DNA of 64,000 bases from an uncultured virus (IMG/VR IMGVR_UViG_3300042430_001364) (IMGVR_UViG_3300042430_001364); one strand, 5' to 3'. Numbered from the stretch's first letter, positions 5,274-14,994 are shown. The notes: a model not told the origin generated them from the letters alone. A program made the numbers and translations.

Positions 5274-5870
5274 TTACCTAGCCTTTGGCTTAATTCCTTC
5301 TTCTTCTAGCTGTTTATCATAGGCTAAAGAAACGAGCATAGCTTCTTCATGTGTTTCAAAATAACCTAAATGTTTGCCGCATCTTTTAACACGGTATTTT
5401 TTAGATCCATCTTTAAACGTTAATATGAATATTCCGTACTTATAATTTTTTAGTTTTTTATTGTTATTATTTTGCTTCATAGTAACTTCATATAAATTAG
5501 ATATAGAGTTATTTAAGGGATTTTTATCTCTATGATCTACAAGCATATTTATTTCAGGCCAACGCTTGTGATACATAGTATATAGCAAAGTATGAACATG
5601 GTGATTTTTTCTTTTAAACGAGGTCCTTTTGTATCCGTTCCATATACTAGTAATCTCTTTGCCTGAATTTCTGTTAGTTAATGTGCCTTTTTCAAAATCA
5701 GCGATAAATGACTCCGACAAATCTTCTGGAGTTGGTCTATTTTTGTATTCAAAATAAAGCTTTACAAACTCGTCTATATCCATATGCTGGCTTCTTTTAT
5801 AACGAAAAATCGCATCTTTTTCTTGAAAAGACATAGATAGCTCTTCTGGCTGTTGATTTTCTTGATTCAT
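5274..5870 (-). CDS. HNH endonuclease with AP2-like C-terminus
   Basis: VDHRDKNPLNNSISNL and KHLGYFETHEEA motifs. Confidence 0.8.
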   Translation of the reverse strand: MNQENQQPEELSMSFQEKDAIFRYKRSQHMDIDEFVKLYFEYKNRPTPEDLSESFIADFEKGTLTNRNSGKEITSIWNGYKRTSFKRKNHHVHTLLYTMYHKRWPEINMLVDHRDKNPLNNSISNLYEVTMKQNNNNKKLKNYKYGIFILTFKDGSKKYRVKRCGKHLGYFETHEEAMLVSLAYDKQLEEEGIKPKAR

Positions 5871-5873
5871 AAA

Positions 5874-6578
5874 TTAACCTTCGTTGAAAAATTCTCCGTG
5901 TAATTTTCGACCTATTTCATCTCGCCAAGCTTTAAGTATTTGAATTGTAGCTTCAACAAATTCTTTTTTAACAGTCATCGACTTGAAATATTTCTTCCCA
6001 TTACAAGAAACACAAGCATCAACACGCACGCGATCATCAGAAATAGAACGCACAAAAACACCTTTTACCCCTGATTTGTTACTTTCGTACAATGATTTGT
6101 TACTGGCGTTTTGAGAATTAGTACTTTCTCTTAGATTGCAAGGTCTATTATCTGTTTTATCTTCATTTATATGATCTACCTTATAGCCTTTTTTGGCCCA
6201 ACGACCATTATGTAAACAAAAAATAATTTTATTAAGAAAAACCGTAAAATAATAACCCTCAAATTTTATACTGGCTACTATATATCCCTGACGTTTTAAA
6301 AAGCCAACTTTATCACCAGCCTTTTTATTACCACTGTTGTTTTTTAAAAACAAATTTCCATCTTCGTCATGATAATACATCTTAGCTAATTGTTCTGGAG
6401 AAATAACATCTTCAATCCTTTTTTTTGGCCCCTTATACTCCCAAACATCCATTGCATAGTTGAAGTTTTCTATTCCGCCGATTCTTTTTACTAAGAGTCT
6501 AATTTCAGCAAGCATTTCTGCCGTCACAATTAACTCTTTTTTTTGATTTGTTTGTTTTGCTTTTTTAGTTAGCGCCAT
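5874..6578 (-). CDS. HNH endonuclease (HNH_3-type)
   Basis: VDHINEDKTDNRPCNLRESTNSQNASN, NKSGVKGV. Confidence 0.85.
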   Translation of the reverse strand: MALTKKAKQTNQKKELIVTAEMLAEIRLLVKRIGGIENFNYAMDVWEYKGPKKRIEDVISPEQLAKMYYHDEDGNLFLKNNSGNKKAGDKVGFLKRQGYIVASIKFEGYYFTVFLNKIIFCLHNGRWAKKGYKVDHINEDKTDNRPCNLRESTNSQNASNKSLYESNKSGVKGVFVRSISDDRVRVDACVSCNGKKYFKSMTVKKEFVEATIQILKAWRDEIGRKLHGEFFNEG

Positions 6579-6587
6579 ATAAATACT

Positions 6588-7109
6588 TTACTTAACCTTT
6601 TCCGCTAAAAGCGCCAACAACTCATTAGAGATATCTTCTTTATCTACCGTATAATCAGGAAGAGTAGTAGAAGAGCCTGAATAATGGTCAAATTCGGAAA
6701 CTTGAACGTAATTCAACGGCCCCAAATGCGCCAAATAGCGACATTTTTCTTCGTTATAGTCTTCTGGAAGGTTATCGAACAACCAAACAGCGCCCGGTTC
6801 AATTTGAGGAATTTTGCCAGTGCGCCCGCGAATATCCTCACGAGAGTATATATCTTCGGCCTCAAATCCAAAGGAAAAGGCTTTGTTCATGGCAAGAGCA
6901 TAGTCTCTTGTAGCTACTGTGAGCATAAAAACCTTAGCCTTCTTACGAGCTTGCTCAAGAAACGCGACAGAACATTCTCTAACCTTCGTATTATAATGCT
7001 CTTTTGAGCTTAAAGTTATCTTTTGATAACCGGGCATAACTGATTTGGAGAATAATCCATAAGTATGGATTAATGTTTCATCTAAGTCAACGAATATGTA
7101 TTTGTTCAT
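6588..7109 (-). CDS. HAD-superfamily phosphatase, FCP1/NIF-like
   Basis: FVDLDETLIH motif I; R....FL......FMLTVATRDYA; IYSRED; LFDN. Confidence 0.75.
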   Translation of the reverse strand: MNKYIFVDLDETLIHTYGLFSKSVMPGYQKITLSSKEHYNTKVRECSVAFLEQARKKAKVFMLTVATRDYALAMNKAFSFGFEAEDIYSREDIRGRTGKIPQIEPGAVWLFDNLPEDYNEEKCRYLAHLGPLNYVQVSEFDHYSGSSTTLPDYTVDKEDISNELLALLAEKVK

Positions 7110-7141
7110 GTTATGCCTTAATTAAAAATATTAAAAATAGC

Positions 7142-7678
7142 TCAATCAAAGTTGCTAATTTGAATCCCAAGTACAAGGTCATCCCCAGTACTATCCTGTT
7201 TTTCAGTGTTTTCATTAAATTTTGGTATTTTGTGTAGGTATGGTTCTAAATCAAATCTTCCAGCGTGAAATTCGGCGTGGCAGTTCTTGCATAATGGGGC
7301 GCATTTCTGTAGTTCTTTTATAAGTTCTTCATCATCTAATTTTCTTCTACACTCTCCTATCTCAAACTTTTTCTCTGACGGGACAATGTGATGAAAGTCT
7401 ATTGCTTCCGGAACAGAATGTCCGCATCTGATACATGCGCCGCCTAAATGGTTAATATAACTAATTTTTAAACATCTTGCTACATCTCTCCTCGTTTTTA
7501 AATTTCTATGTGGAGTTTTATCATGGCATTCTTTACAACTTCCCCTAAGACCAAATCGACCTGCCTTATTCACATAGAAATCAGAGAAAAGCTTAAGCAA
7601 TTTACAAGCACGACAAGTTTTATGTGTTACAGTTTGATGCGTCACTAAAGTATCAACTATTGTATCAGTTTGCGTCAT
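7142..7678 (-). CDS. Zinc-finger HNH endonuclease-like protein
   Basis: CxxC pairs, IDFHH..P..K, ELQKC..LCKNCHAEFH. Confidence 0.75.
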   Translation of the reverse strand: MTQTDTIVDTLVTHQTVTHKTCRACKLLKLFSDFYVNKAGRFGLRGSCKECHDKTPHRNLKTRRDVARCLKISYINHLGGACIRCGHSVPEAIDFHHIVPSEKKFEIGECRRKLDDEELIKELQKCAPLCKNCHAEFHAGRFDLEPYLHKIPKFNENTEKQDSTGDDLVLGIQISNFD

Positions 7679-7871
7679 TCAAATCCTCTTCATAAGGTGG
7701 CTGAGAACCATTTTTAATATAAAAAAACAATTCTTTTAAGCCTTTAACAAAGTCACGCCCGGCTTCTTTAGAGTTAAAGGTCATTTGAATCAAGAATGTT
7801 AAGCCTCCCAGCACAATAAAGGCTGGGATAGCTAATAGCGCCCAAATTAATCTAAAAACTAAGCTTTTCAT
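7665..7871 (-). CDS. Small membrane protein (likely start MKSLVF at 7871)
   Basis: Hydrophobic segment; this start removes the overlap with the upstream gene. Confidence 0.5.
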   Translation of the reverse strand: MKSLVFRLIWALLAIPAFIVLGGLTFLIQMTFNSKEAGRDFVKGLKELFFYIKNGSQPPYEEDLNDAN

Positions 7872-7872
7872 T

Positions 7873-8472
7873 TTAGGTCCAAAACTTTTCGCGGTTTTTA
7901 ACCACAAAGTCGCACAAAACTGTGTCGCATTCGTTAAGGTGTTTGTCCATTTCAATGTAAGCTGTGAAATTATCATTCTCTAAACTCAAAGCGTGATTGT
8001 GAATATCGTCTAAAAGCTTTTGCCGTCCACCTTTAGCGTAATCGTAAGCTTCTTTAAGTTGTTTAACGAATTGAATTTCCTTTTCAGTCTCTGAACAAAT
8101 ATGTTCAAGATATTTTTCTCTTTCAACTAGCTCAACAACGCAAGCAAGATGAAACAAAACAATAATTTCGACCATATCCATTTCTCCGCTCTTATCAAAC
8201 ACAGCGTTACGAAACTCTTTGCGTGGATGACGCAAGAAATTCTTGATTTTGCGCTTAATAAATCGGTAATTGGAACCAACTGAATAATAGCAATCATCAT
8301 AAGTTTCTCTTAGGAAACGCTGAACAGGATACTGAACGGACAAGTAAGCGTAATACTTGTCCCACTCTCTAAAACCTAGAGCGTATGGCGCAACGTACCA
8401 CCCAGTAGGCCAAAACCATACTTTCTTTTCTGTTTTTTCTTTACCTTGTGAAATGTATTCTTCTGCTGTCAT
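7873..8472 (-). CDS. Hypothetical phage protein (199 aa)
   Basis: Long ORF in operon context. Confidence 0.7.
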   Translation of the reverse strand: MTAEEYISQGKEKTEKKVWFWPTGWYVAPYALGFREWDKYYAYLSVQYPVQRFLRETYDDCYYSVGSNYRFIKRKIKNFLRHPRKEFRNAVFDKSGEMDMVEIIVLFHLACVVELVEREKYLEHICSETEKEIQFVKQLKEAYDYAKGGRQKLLDDIHNHALSLENDNFTAYIEMDKHLNECDTVLCDFVVKNREKFWT

Positions 8473-8477
8473 ATTAT

Positions 8478-9113
8478 TTAGAGTTCGATTGTTCTAGCAG
8501 TGTTAATTGGTTTGTATTGTTCAGTGCAGATAGCTGCATTAACAAACATAGTGTTGTTTTTAACTTCAATGCCGTAGCCATTGTGGATATGGCCAAAAAC
8601 ATGAAGCTTAAGTTTAAGGTTTTCAGTGATTGTAGTGAATAAGTTGGCGCATCCAACGTGAACATTGCCCGGAGCTTTGTCAAGAATACTCATAGGTGGA
8701 CCATGAGTAATCAAAACATCAGTATTTTTTGGAATCAAGTTCCAATGTTCTTGAATAGCCAATCCGCGTTTGCGATTAAACGCCCAATCAAAGAATTCTG
8801 GTTGAACTGGCGATCCCCAAAAGTTTAAACCTTCAATTGTGACGCCTTCATCTTGAAGATAGTGAATGCCCGGCGGTATGATCGCGTTGATTTCAGAACG
8901 GCTTGCTTTTTCCATCCATTTATCATGATTACCAGCGATAACAAGCTTGTATTTGTGCGGCAAAGAGCCGAACCATGCGAAAAACTCGACGCAATCAAAG
9001 TAATCGCCGCCATTACAAAAGTCTCCAGAGTGGATAATCATATCTCCATCTGGAATCTTACCTTTTAAATGACCGTGAAGTCCATGAGTGTCTGAAATAC
9101 AAATAATTTTCAT
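8478..9113 (-). CDS. Calcineurin-like metallophosphoesterase
   Basis: SDTH, HSGD, GNHD, LITHGPP and FGHIH motifs. Confidence 0.9.
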   Translation of the reverse strand: MKIICISDTHGLHGHLKGKIPDGDMIIHSGDFCNGGDYFDCVEFFAWFGSLPHKYKLVIAGNHDKWMEKASRSEINAIIPPGIHYLQDEGVTIEGLNFWGSPVQPEFFDWAFNRKRGLAIQEHWNLIPKNTDVLITHGPPMSILDKAPGNVHVGCANLFTTITENLKLKLHVFGHIHNGYGIEVKNNTMFVNAAICTEQYKPINTARTIEL

Positions 9114-9346
9114 ACGAATTCAACCATTTCTTTGTCGCCATCTACGATATACTTTAAAAATGTTTTATATTCTTCGCTAACGGTAGATTCAATACCGATT
9201 ACATAAGCAGTCATTAAAATATCGGACAAGAGCTTCTCTTGCGTTTCCGTAGAGTAAGCTTTTAGCGCGTTAATGTGGCCTTCAAACTTTTTTGGAAGCT
9301 TTAACTTTGCTGGTTTTTTGTTTTTTAGATTTTTCTTTGGTTTCAT
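9110..9346 (-). CDS. Hypothetical protein (78 aa)
   Basis: ATGA overlap with the next gene. Confidence 0.6.
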   Translation of the reverse strand: MKPKKNLKNKKPAKLKLPKKFEGHINALKAYSTETQEKLLSDILMTAYVIGIESTVSEEYKTFLKYIVDGDKEMVEFV

Positions 9347-9569
9347 TAGTTTCTACTCCATAATAATCACAAACTATGCGAAGAGCACCCGCGAGAGTGA
9401 GGTTGTATTCCAAATCCTCTGTTTCCCAACTTTCTAATTTCTTTTTAGACTGCAAAATTTTAACATTTTGCATTGTATTCTCATAATGCCATTTGAGGCT
9501 AGTTGATGTGAGACTATCGGCCAAATCTGCGCTAAAGAGAGGAATCTCTGAGAGAGTTTTTGAGTTCAT
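9282..9569 (-). CDS. Hypothetical protein (likely start MNSKTL at 9569)
   Basis: ORF in operon context. Confidence 0.5.
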   Translation of the reverse strand: MNSKTLSEIPLFSADLADSLTSTSLKWHYENTMQNVKILQSKKKLESWETEDLEYNLTLAGALRIVCDYYGVETNETKEKSKKQKTSKVKASKKV

Positions 9570-9750
9570 AATTTTTAGAGTGGTCGGTTTTAAACCAAAT
9601 GTCAAGACTTTGTGATAAGAAATCGTAAAATTCATCATCTTCTCGCACAGAATTAAAACGAATGTCTCGATTTGCGAGTTCTTGATACACCGCAGCAGTC
9701 ATTGCAACGATGTCTCCTTTGTAGATTTCTTTGTTAGTTGTTAAGGTCAT
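9532..9750 (-). CDS. Hypothetical protein (72 aa)
   Basis: ATGA overlap with the upstream gene. Confidence 0.55.
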   Translation of the reverse strand: MTLTTNKEIYKGDIVAMTAAVYQELANRDIRFNSVREDDEFYDFLSQSLDIWFKTDHSKNYELKNSLRDSSL

Positions 9751-10307
9751 GCGATTTTGTGAAAAAAGTTAGCGATTGCTGTAAAAAACTTATATTTGTA
9801 GCGAGAGAAATTGCGGTAAGTGAGAGTATAAAAAATATACTTATTGTACCAAAGATTATGGTTTTTAGCGATCTGCTCTTTCCATCTCTTCTCATTTTCT
9901 AGTCTCTCTTTGTTTGATTCTTTAGTGAATTTCGCCAAAACAATGCTATCGCAAACGCCGTGAGTGAAAGTAGCTTCGTAATCTACGGAGCAGTCCCAAA
10001 GATCAAGAACGTCTCGGTAATAAGTGTAGAAAACGATCTTGCCGTGATGGTTAACTTGTTCAAGATACTCTCCGCTTCTTTCCATATGGCCGAAATCCCA
10101 AGGGCCAGATGGCTTTTCTGGCTCGACAAATTTATTCACTTCGTATTTTCGTACAAAGAGTTTTTTGCCTTGGATAATATAAGTTTCTAAGCAATTGATC
10201 AAATCTTTAGTTTGAAAATCGCCGTTATTAGAGTTTAGGCCAAGGCAAATCATTTCCTCTGAGTAAGGAAGAGTGTCGCTAACGATAATTGTGTCGAACA
10301 TTCCCAT
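9747..10307 (-). CDS. Hypothetical phage protein (MGMFD...FQTKDL type)
   Basis: 186-aa ORF in operon context. Confidence 0.65.
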   Translation of the reverse strand: MGMFDTIIVSDTLPYSEEMICLGLNSNNGDFQTKDLINCLETYIIQGKKLFVRKYEVNKFVEPEKPSGPWDFGHMERSGEYLEQVNHHGKIVFYTYYRDVLDLWDCSVDYEATFTHGVCDSIVLAKFTKESNKERLENEKRWKEQIAKNHNLWYNKYIFYTLTYRNFSRYKYKFFTAIANFFHKIA

Positions 10308-10311
10308 AAAA

Positions 10312-10560
10312 TTATTTATTTGGTTTTAAAGTTTTGGAAACGAGGTATCCGTCTCCTGATGGAGTGAAATCAACACTATCTCCTTCATTAAGTCCAGCCT
10401 TTTTGAGCATTTTTTTTGGAATTACAATGAAGTAGCCGTCTTTGTCTTGAAGAACAGGCACTTGCACCTTATTTTTCTTTTTAAAAATATCATCAATTCT
10501 GTTTGCGAATTCGTCAGAAGAGATAGAAGATGGGCGACGTTTTGATCCTTTTCCGTTCAT
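10312..10560 (-). CDS. AbrB/MazE-like DNA-binding protein
   Basis: IVIPKKMLKKAGLNEGDSVDF swapped-hairpin pattern. Confidence 0.7.
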   Translation of the reverse strand: MNGKGSKRRPSSISSDEFANRIDDIFKKKNKVQVPVLQDKDGYFIVIPKKMLKKAGLNEGDSVDFTPSGDGYLVSKTLKPNK

Positions 10561-10598
10561 AAGTTATAGTAGTTCAAGAGGTGGTTTTTCCAGTTAAA

Positions 10599-10605
10599 GT
10601 GTAAA
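10599..10605 (+). promoter_or_regulatory. First copy of the putative late-promoter motif GTGTAAA
   Basis: (G/A/C)TGTAA(A) recurs 7-32 nt upstream of many late gene starts on both strands. Confidence 0.65.
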
Positions 10606-10612
10606 AAATAGC

Positions 10613-10978
10613 ATGGAAGATCAGATGAATTCTTTTATTTCTCAAAATTCGGTACTTTTGGTAGCGGGCGTTGCTTCGTTGCTGTTTAAAGAATTTATCA
10701 TCAACATTGTCAAGAGCATTATCTTTAAAATGACATCTGGATTAAAAGAAGATGACGTTTTAATGTTTTGGGACGGCACAAAAAGCCCAGCGAGAATTGT
10801 GAGAATCGGCTTAATGTCAACAACTTTGTTTATCTACGACGTAAACGAAGAAGGAATCATTACTGGCGGCAGTCGTCTTGTTATGCAGAACGTGAAACTG
10901 GAAAATGTCAAGTTCTTGAAACGGCTAGCAATGATTGACGACGCTGATCTTAAACAGTTCAAAAAAAGTGTAAAATAA
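10613..10978 (+). CDS. Small membrane protein, possibly MscS beta-domain-like
   Basis: N-terminal hydrophobic helix, then LKEDDVL...ARIVRIGLMSTT...LVMQN. Confidence 0.45.
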   Translation: MEDQMNSFISQNSVLLVAGVASLLFKEFIINIVKSIIFKMTSGLKEDDVLMFWDGTKSPARIVRIGLMSTTLFIYDVNEEGIITGGSRLVMQNVKLENVKFLKRLAMIDDADLKQFKKSVK

Positions 10979-10982
10979 TCAG

Positions 10983-11771
10983 ATGCCTTACGTTACTTAC
11001 GATAAAATCAGGGCGTATTTTACGAACGCTGATAGCGCTACCGACAACATCTTGTACGCAACTAGTTTAAGCGCATCAAACACAACTAGTTTAAAAAGAG
11101 TTAGAAGAATTGGTCAGGAGATGGATTACTACATTCAAACTGGCCCAAAAAGTTCAAGTATTTCCGCAAATGTTCTTTTAGTTTCTGGAGAAATCAACAA
11201 AATCATCAATTTAACTGGAGATTCTGTTGGCGGATCAGCAATCAAAGTTCCAGATTACCAATTTAGTAAATGTTATTTAAAAAGTTTTTCCGCATCGTTT
11301 GAACCTTGGAAAGTTGCGTCTGCCGCTTTACAATTCGACTCTTACGGATTAGCTAATGGCACAGGAGTTTACGCTTATACTGAACAGCAAGCTTCTTCTG
11401 AGGTTTTGCTCTCGCCTTTAAGAGCAACAACAATTCAATTCTCTGCTCCAAGCTTTTCCACTACTCCAATCTCACAGTACGAGAATATTTCTTTCGATAT
11501 TCAAGTTGATAGAGTTCCAAATTTTGTTATTGGCTCGGAATATCCCGAAAAAGTTAGCGTTTCTAAAGTTACAAAATCTTTGCAAGTAAACGGACTGTCC
11601 AATGCAGATTGGCTATCTGATTATCAACCAAACACAACAGTAACCTGCACAATTACAATGTCGGACGCTACTGTTTTTTCGGTAGCTGGCGTTTTATCTA
11701 ATCAAAGTCTCTCTGTTGATTCCAACGGAGTAGCTAAAGGAGGATTGCAGATTATTGAAGAGATGGTTTAA
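10983..11771 (+). CDS. Putative virion protein resembling the tail-tube-like paralogues
   Basis: YLKSFSASF and ISFDIQVDR....IGSEYP resemble segments of 43187, 55023 and 56737; late motif upstream. Confidence 0.5.
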   Translation: MPYVTYDKIRAYFTNADSATDNILYATSLSASNTTSLKRVRRIGQEMDYYIQTGPKSSSISANVLLVSGEINKIINLTGDSVGGSAIKVPDYQFSKCYLKSFSASFEPWKVASAALQFDSYGLANGTGVYAYTEQQASSEVLLSPLRATTIQFSAPSFSTTPISQYENISFDIQVDRVPNFVIGSEYPEKVSVSKVTKSLQVNGLSNADWLSDYQPNTTVTCTITMSDATVFSVAGVLSNQSLSVDSNGVAKGGLQIIEEMV

Positions 11772-11777
11772 CACTTT

Positions 11778-12557
11778 ATGGCAAAAAAAGCCCCTAAGAA
11801 CAAGAAAACTAAACCTGCGGGAATCACAATTCCGCAACTAAAACAAGAAATCAAATTTAAAGAAAGAAAATTTAAGTTTTCAGATAAGCAACAAGACTTA
11901 TTAAAAATACTTTTAAACGAGCAGACCAAAATCTCTTTCATCGCTGGACCAGCGGGAACATCAAAGACATTTATGGCTGTTTACGCAGCGTTAAACCTCA
12001 TTAGCAACAATGACAAAGAAATCATTTACATTAGAACAATCGCAGAGAGCGGAGAGAAATCTCTAGGAGCACTGCCCGGAACAGTTGGCGACAAATTTGC
12101 GCCTTACTTGATTCCTCTTGAGGATAAAGTTCACGAAATGATCGAAGCTACTGATGCTTACCGTCTTAAAGACGATGGTAGGCTTACCGCAATACCAGTT
12201 AACTTCCTAAGAGGCAGCACATTCACTGATAAAATCATTATTGCTGATGAAGTGCAAAACTTTACAGCTAAAGAGATTACAACTCTCTTAACTAGAATCG
12301 GAGAAGGTACAAAAATCTTTTTATGCGGAGATTTTATGCAGTCCGACATTAAAGTTAAGAATGGTTTCCTTGATTTCTTTGAACTTTTCACTGGAGAAGA
12401 CTGCATGGAAAAAGGAATCTATACTTTTGAGTTCTCTGAAGAAGATATTAAAAGAAGCGAAATCTTAAAATTTGTTGTAAAGAAGATTAACAATATTAAT
12501 CTCCGTTATAGAATAAAAGATGAGCAGCGCAACGTCAAAAACGTCTCAGTTGAATAG
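11778..12557 (+). CDS. phoH: PhoH-like ATPase
   Basis: GPAGTSKT, LGALPG...DKFAPY, FLRGSTF, IIADEVQN, LLTRIGE, GD.MQSD, RS. Confidence 0.92.
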   Translation: MAKKAPKNKKTKPAGITIPQLKQEIKFKERKFKFSDKQQDLLKILLNEQTKISFIAGPAGTSKTFMAVYAALNLISNNDKEIIYIRTIAESGEKSLGALPGTVGDKFAPYLIPLEDKVHEMIEATDAYRLKDDGRLTAIPVNFLRGSTFTDKIIIADEVQNFTAKEITTLLTRIGEGTKIFLCGDFMQSDIKVKNGFLDFFELFTGEDCMEKGIYTFEFSEEDIKRSEILKFVVKKINNINLRYRIKDEQRNVKNVSVE

Positions 12558-12861
12558 TTGGGCAAATATTATTAAGGTATTTGGCGGAATTTTGATCGCC
12601 TGTACGTTGTACTACCTAAATACAACGTATGTAAAGAAGGATGATTTTAATCCTGTTGCTTTAGAGATGAAAGTTCAGGCAGAGCAAATGTCTTACGTTA
12701 ATACAGAGGTAAAAAATATTTCTCGACGCCTTTCAAAGATAGTAGATGACGAAGGAAAGCCAGTTAATACAGACAAAATGGTTGAAATACAGAAAGATAT
12801 TACTAAGATATTAGTAAAGCTGGAAAACCTTAACGATAAGGTTGACCGCATATCTAAATAA
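12520..12861 (+). CDS. Single-TM coiled-coil protein (possible lysis protein)
   Basis: One hydrophobic helix followed by heptad-rich sequence. Confidence 0.5.
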   Translation: MSSATSKTSQLNSWANIIKVFGGILIACTLYYLNTTYVKKDDFNPVALEMKVQAEQMSYVNTEVKNISRRLSKIVDDEGKPVNTDKMVEIQKDITKILVKLENLNDKVDRISK

Positions 12862-12865
12862 TAAT

Positions 12866-13243
12866 ATGGCTATCACTTTCTGTTCATCGTGCGGCGCAAA
12901 ACATGAGTATGTTGGATTTGCGCCAAACTTTTGCTCAAAATGCGGTTCTTCTTTTGGCTCGAAAGCTGTTCAACAGTCAACGGCAAAAGTTCAGCAGAAA
13001 CCAACTGCTATTCGCAGTTCACAAGTAGAAGACGATGACGAAGATTCTTCCGATATTGAGGAGCTTCCACACATAGAGTCGTTAGACGTTGAAATCGCAA
13101 TGGAAGGAGGCTTTAAAGCCTTCAGCCTTGAAGATCTACAACGGAATCCCATGCAAGCGCAAGCTAAGAAATTCAAAGCAAAGCGCTCTGATGGTATTGA
13201 TGGCCTATCTCCCGAAAAATATGGAAGCTCAAAAGCTCGGTAA
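12866..13243 (+). CDS. Zinc-ribbon protein (likely start MAITFC)
   Basis: FCSSCG...NFCSKCG followed by an acidic region. Confidence 0.7.
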   Translation: MAITFCSSCGAKHEYVGFAPNFCSKCGSSFGSKAVQQSTAKVQQKPTAIRSSQVEDDDEDSSDIEELPHIESLDVEIAMEGGFKAFSLEDLQRNPMQAQAKKFKAKRSDGIDGLSPEKYGSSKAR

Positions 13244-13928
13244 GATAACCTACGAAGATAAAAAAGACATTATAGACAAAATCATTGAGAAGCACAGATA
13301 TATCTGGCAGCTCAAAGCTATTTGTTGGATGGATTACGAAGATGTCGCACAGATTGTGCGATTCCATATCTCAAAGAAGTGGCATATGTGGAAGCAAGAT
13401 CGCGCACTTGAACCTTGGATAGCTAGAATCACTTCTAATCAGATCAAGAACTTGCTTCGCAACAACTACTCTAACTATACTCGCCCATGTTTAGGTTGCA
13501 AGTATAATCAAGGCAACGAACCACCAGCGTGCTCGATCACACCAAGCGGAAGACAGTGTTCTGAATGTCCTTTATACAGGAAATGGGAGAAAACAAAAAA
13601 GAGTGCATACGATGTTAAGCTTTGTGTATCTATCGAAGGCCACACAGATGCTGTTCACTCAATGCGAGATCAGAATTTTGACATTTTATCTAGCGCAGCT
13701 CGCCTTCATGAAGAAATGCGCTTATACCTTGCTCCTAAGCAATACAGGGTCTATACAAGGCTTTTCGTTGACGGTGTGGACGAGGAGAAGGTAGCGGCGG
13801 AAATGGGCTACAAGACGAACGAAAAGGGTAAAAAGGCTGGATATAAACAAATCAAAAATCTTAAGAAGCTATTTAGACAAGTAGCTCTAAAAATTTTACA
13901 ATCGGAGGATATTTTAAGTGGAAGCTAA
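13221..13928 (+). CDS. Sigma70/ECF-like phage sigma factor with Cys-rich insertion (likely start MEAQKL)
   Basis: Region-2-like DYEDVAQIV...LEPWIARITSNQIKNLLR; region-4-like LAPKQYRVY....VDG....KVAAEMGY. Confidence 0.7.
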   Translation: MEAQKLGKITYEDKKDIIDKIIEKHRYIWQLKAICWMDYEDVAQIVRFHISKKWHMWKQDRALEPWIARITSNQIKNLLRNNYSNYTRPCLGCKYNQGNEPPACSITPSGRQCSECPLYRKWEKTKKSAYDVKLCVSIEGHTDAVHSMRDQNFDILSSAARLHEEMRLYLAPKQYRVYTRLFVDGVDEEKVAAEMGYKTNEKGKKAGYKQIKNLKKLFRQVALKILQSEDILSGS

Positions 13929-14994
13929 ACAAGAAACAACAGACATCTCTTTCACAAACGAAGAGGCAACACAAATTAGAGACTTAGCCAAACAATTTCC
14001 TGATTTAAATACTATCACGCGCAAATTCTTTGCTAATGAGAAGCTTGATGGGCGGTCTAAGCAGGGAATTGCTATTAGATCGTTCTTAGCAAGCAACAAA
14101 ATCAATTATAAAACATCTAAGTATGAAAGAGCAGCGGACATTGAGTTCTCAGAGTCTCAAAAAGAGTTTATTATTGATCAAACAGCTATTGGATTGTCTG
14201 CTGTAAGAATTGCCGAACTCATTTTTCCTGATCGCAGAATTGTTAACCTTGGAGTTGAGCAAAGAGCTGTGGCAAACTTCATTAGAACGGTAAACGCAGA
14301 AGGTCAACCTGAATCCGAAAGCGCTATTGGCGTAAAGTATTTAGTTCCGCGTTCTGTTGAGCGCGTAGTTAACAAAATCAATCAAGCTACTGGCGAAAAG
14401 ATCAATAAAGAAAAATTAAACCGCCAACATAAATTCTGTATTGAGAAGCTTACTATCAATTTAGCCAACTCGCGGTTTCAAAAGATCATTAACTGCTATA
14501 CATCACAAGAAGATCGTAATATTTTCGAGGAAGAGTTCATTAGAATGACTTGGGACAAGCCTGACCTTACTGCTGATGAAGTTAATTTGTACATGAACGT
14601 GTGCAAAGAAATTATCAACTTGGAAACAACTTCAAGACACTTGGATAAGCTGAATAAAATGTTTGAAGATACTCAAGAGCAGAACGAAATGAGTATTCGT
14701 CTTGCCGAAATCATCAAAGCGAAGAGCGGCGAGTATCATCAATGCGAAGGCCGCGTAGAAAGCTTGATTAAAAAGCTTCAAGGTGATAGATCAGGGCGCA
14801 TCAACGCTAGACAAAAGGAGAATGCTTCTATCTTAGCTATTGTTCAGCTGTTTCAAGACGAAGAAGAGCGCGCTAACATGATCAAGATCGCTGAAATGCA
14901 AAAGACTCTTGTTAGAGAGGAAGCTGGCAAGCTTGAAAGTATGGTTGAGTGGAAAGCTCGTATCTTGGGCATATCATTAGATGATGCCGTTTAA
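13918..14994 (+). CDS. Hypothetical helical protein (terminase small subunit candidate)
   Basis: HTH-like segment plus coiled coil; two genes upstream of the large terminase. Confidence 0.55.
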   Translation: MEAKQETTDISFTNEEATQIRDLAKQFPDLNTITRKFFANEKLDGRSKQGIAIRSFLASNKINYKTSKYERAADIEFSESQKEFIIDQTAIGLSAVRIAELIFPDRRIVNLGVEQRAVANFIRTVNAEGQPESESAIGVKYLVPRSVERVVNKINQATGEKINKEKLNRQHKFCIEKLTINLANSRFQKIINCYTSQEDRNIFEEEFIRMTWDKPDLTADEVNLYMNVCKEIINLETTSRHLDKLNKMFEDTQEQNEMSIRLAEIIKAKSGEYHQCEGRVESLIKKLQGDRSGRINARQKENASILAIVQLFQDEEERANMIKIAEMQKTLVREEAGKLESMVEWKARILGISLDDAV

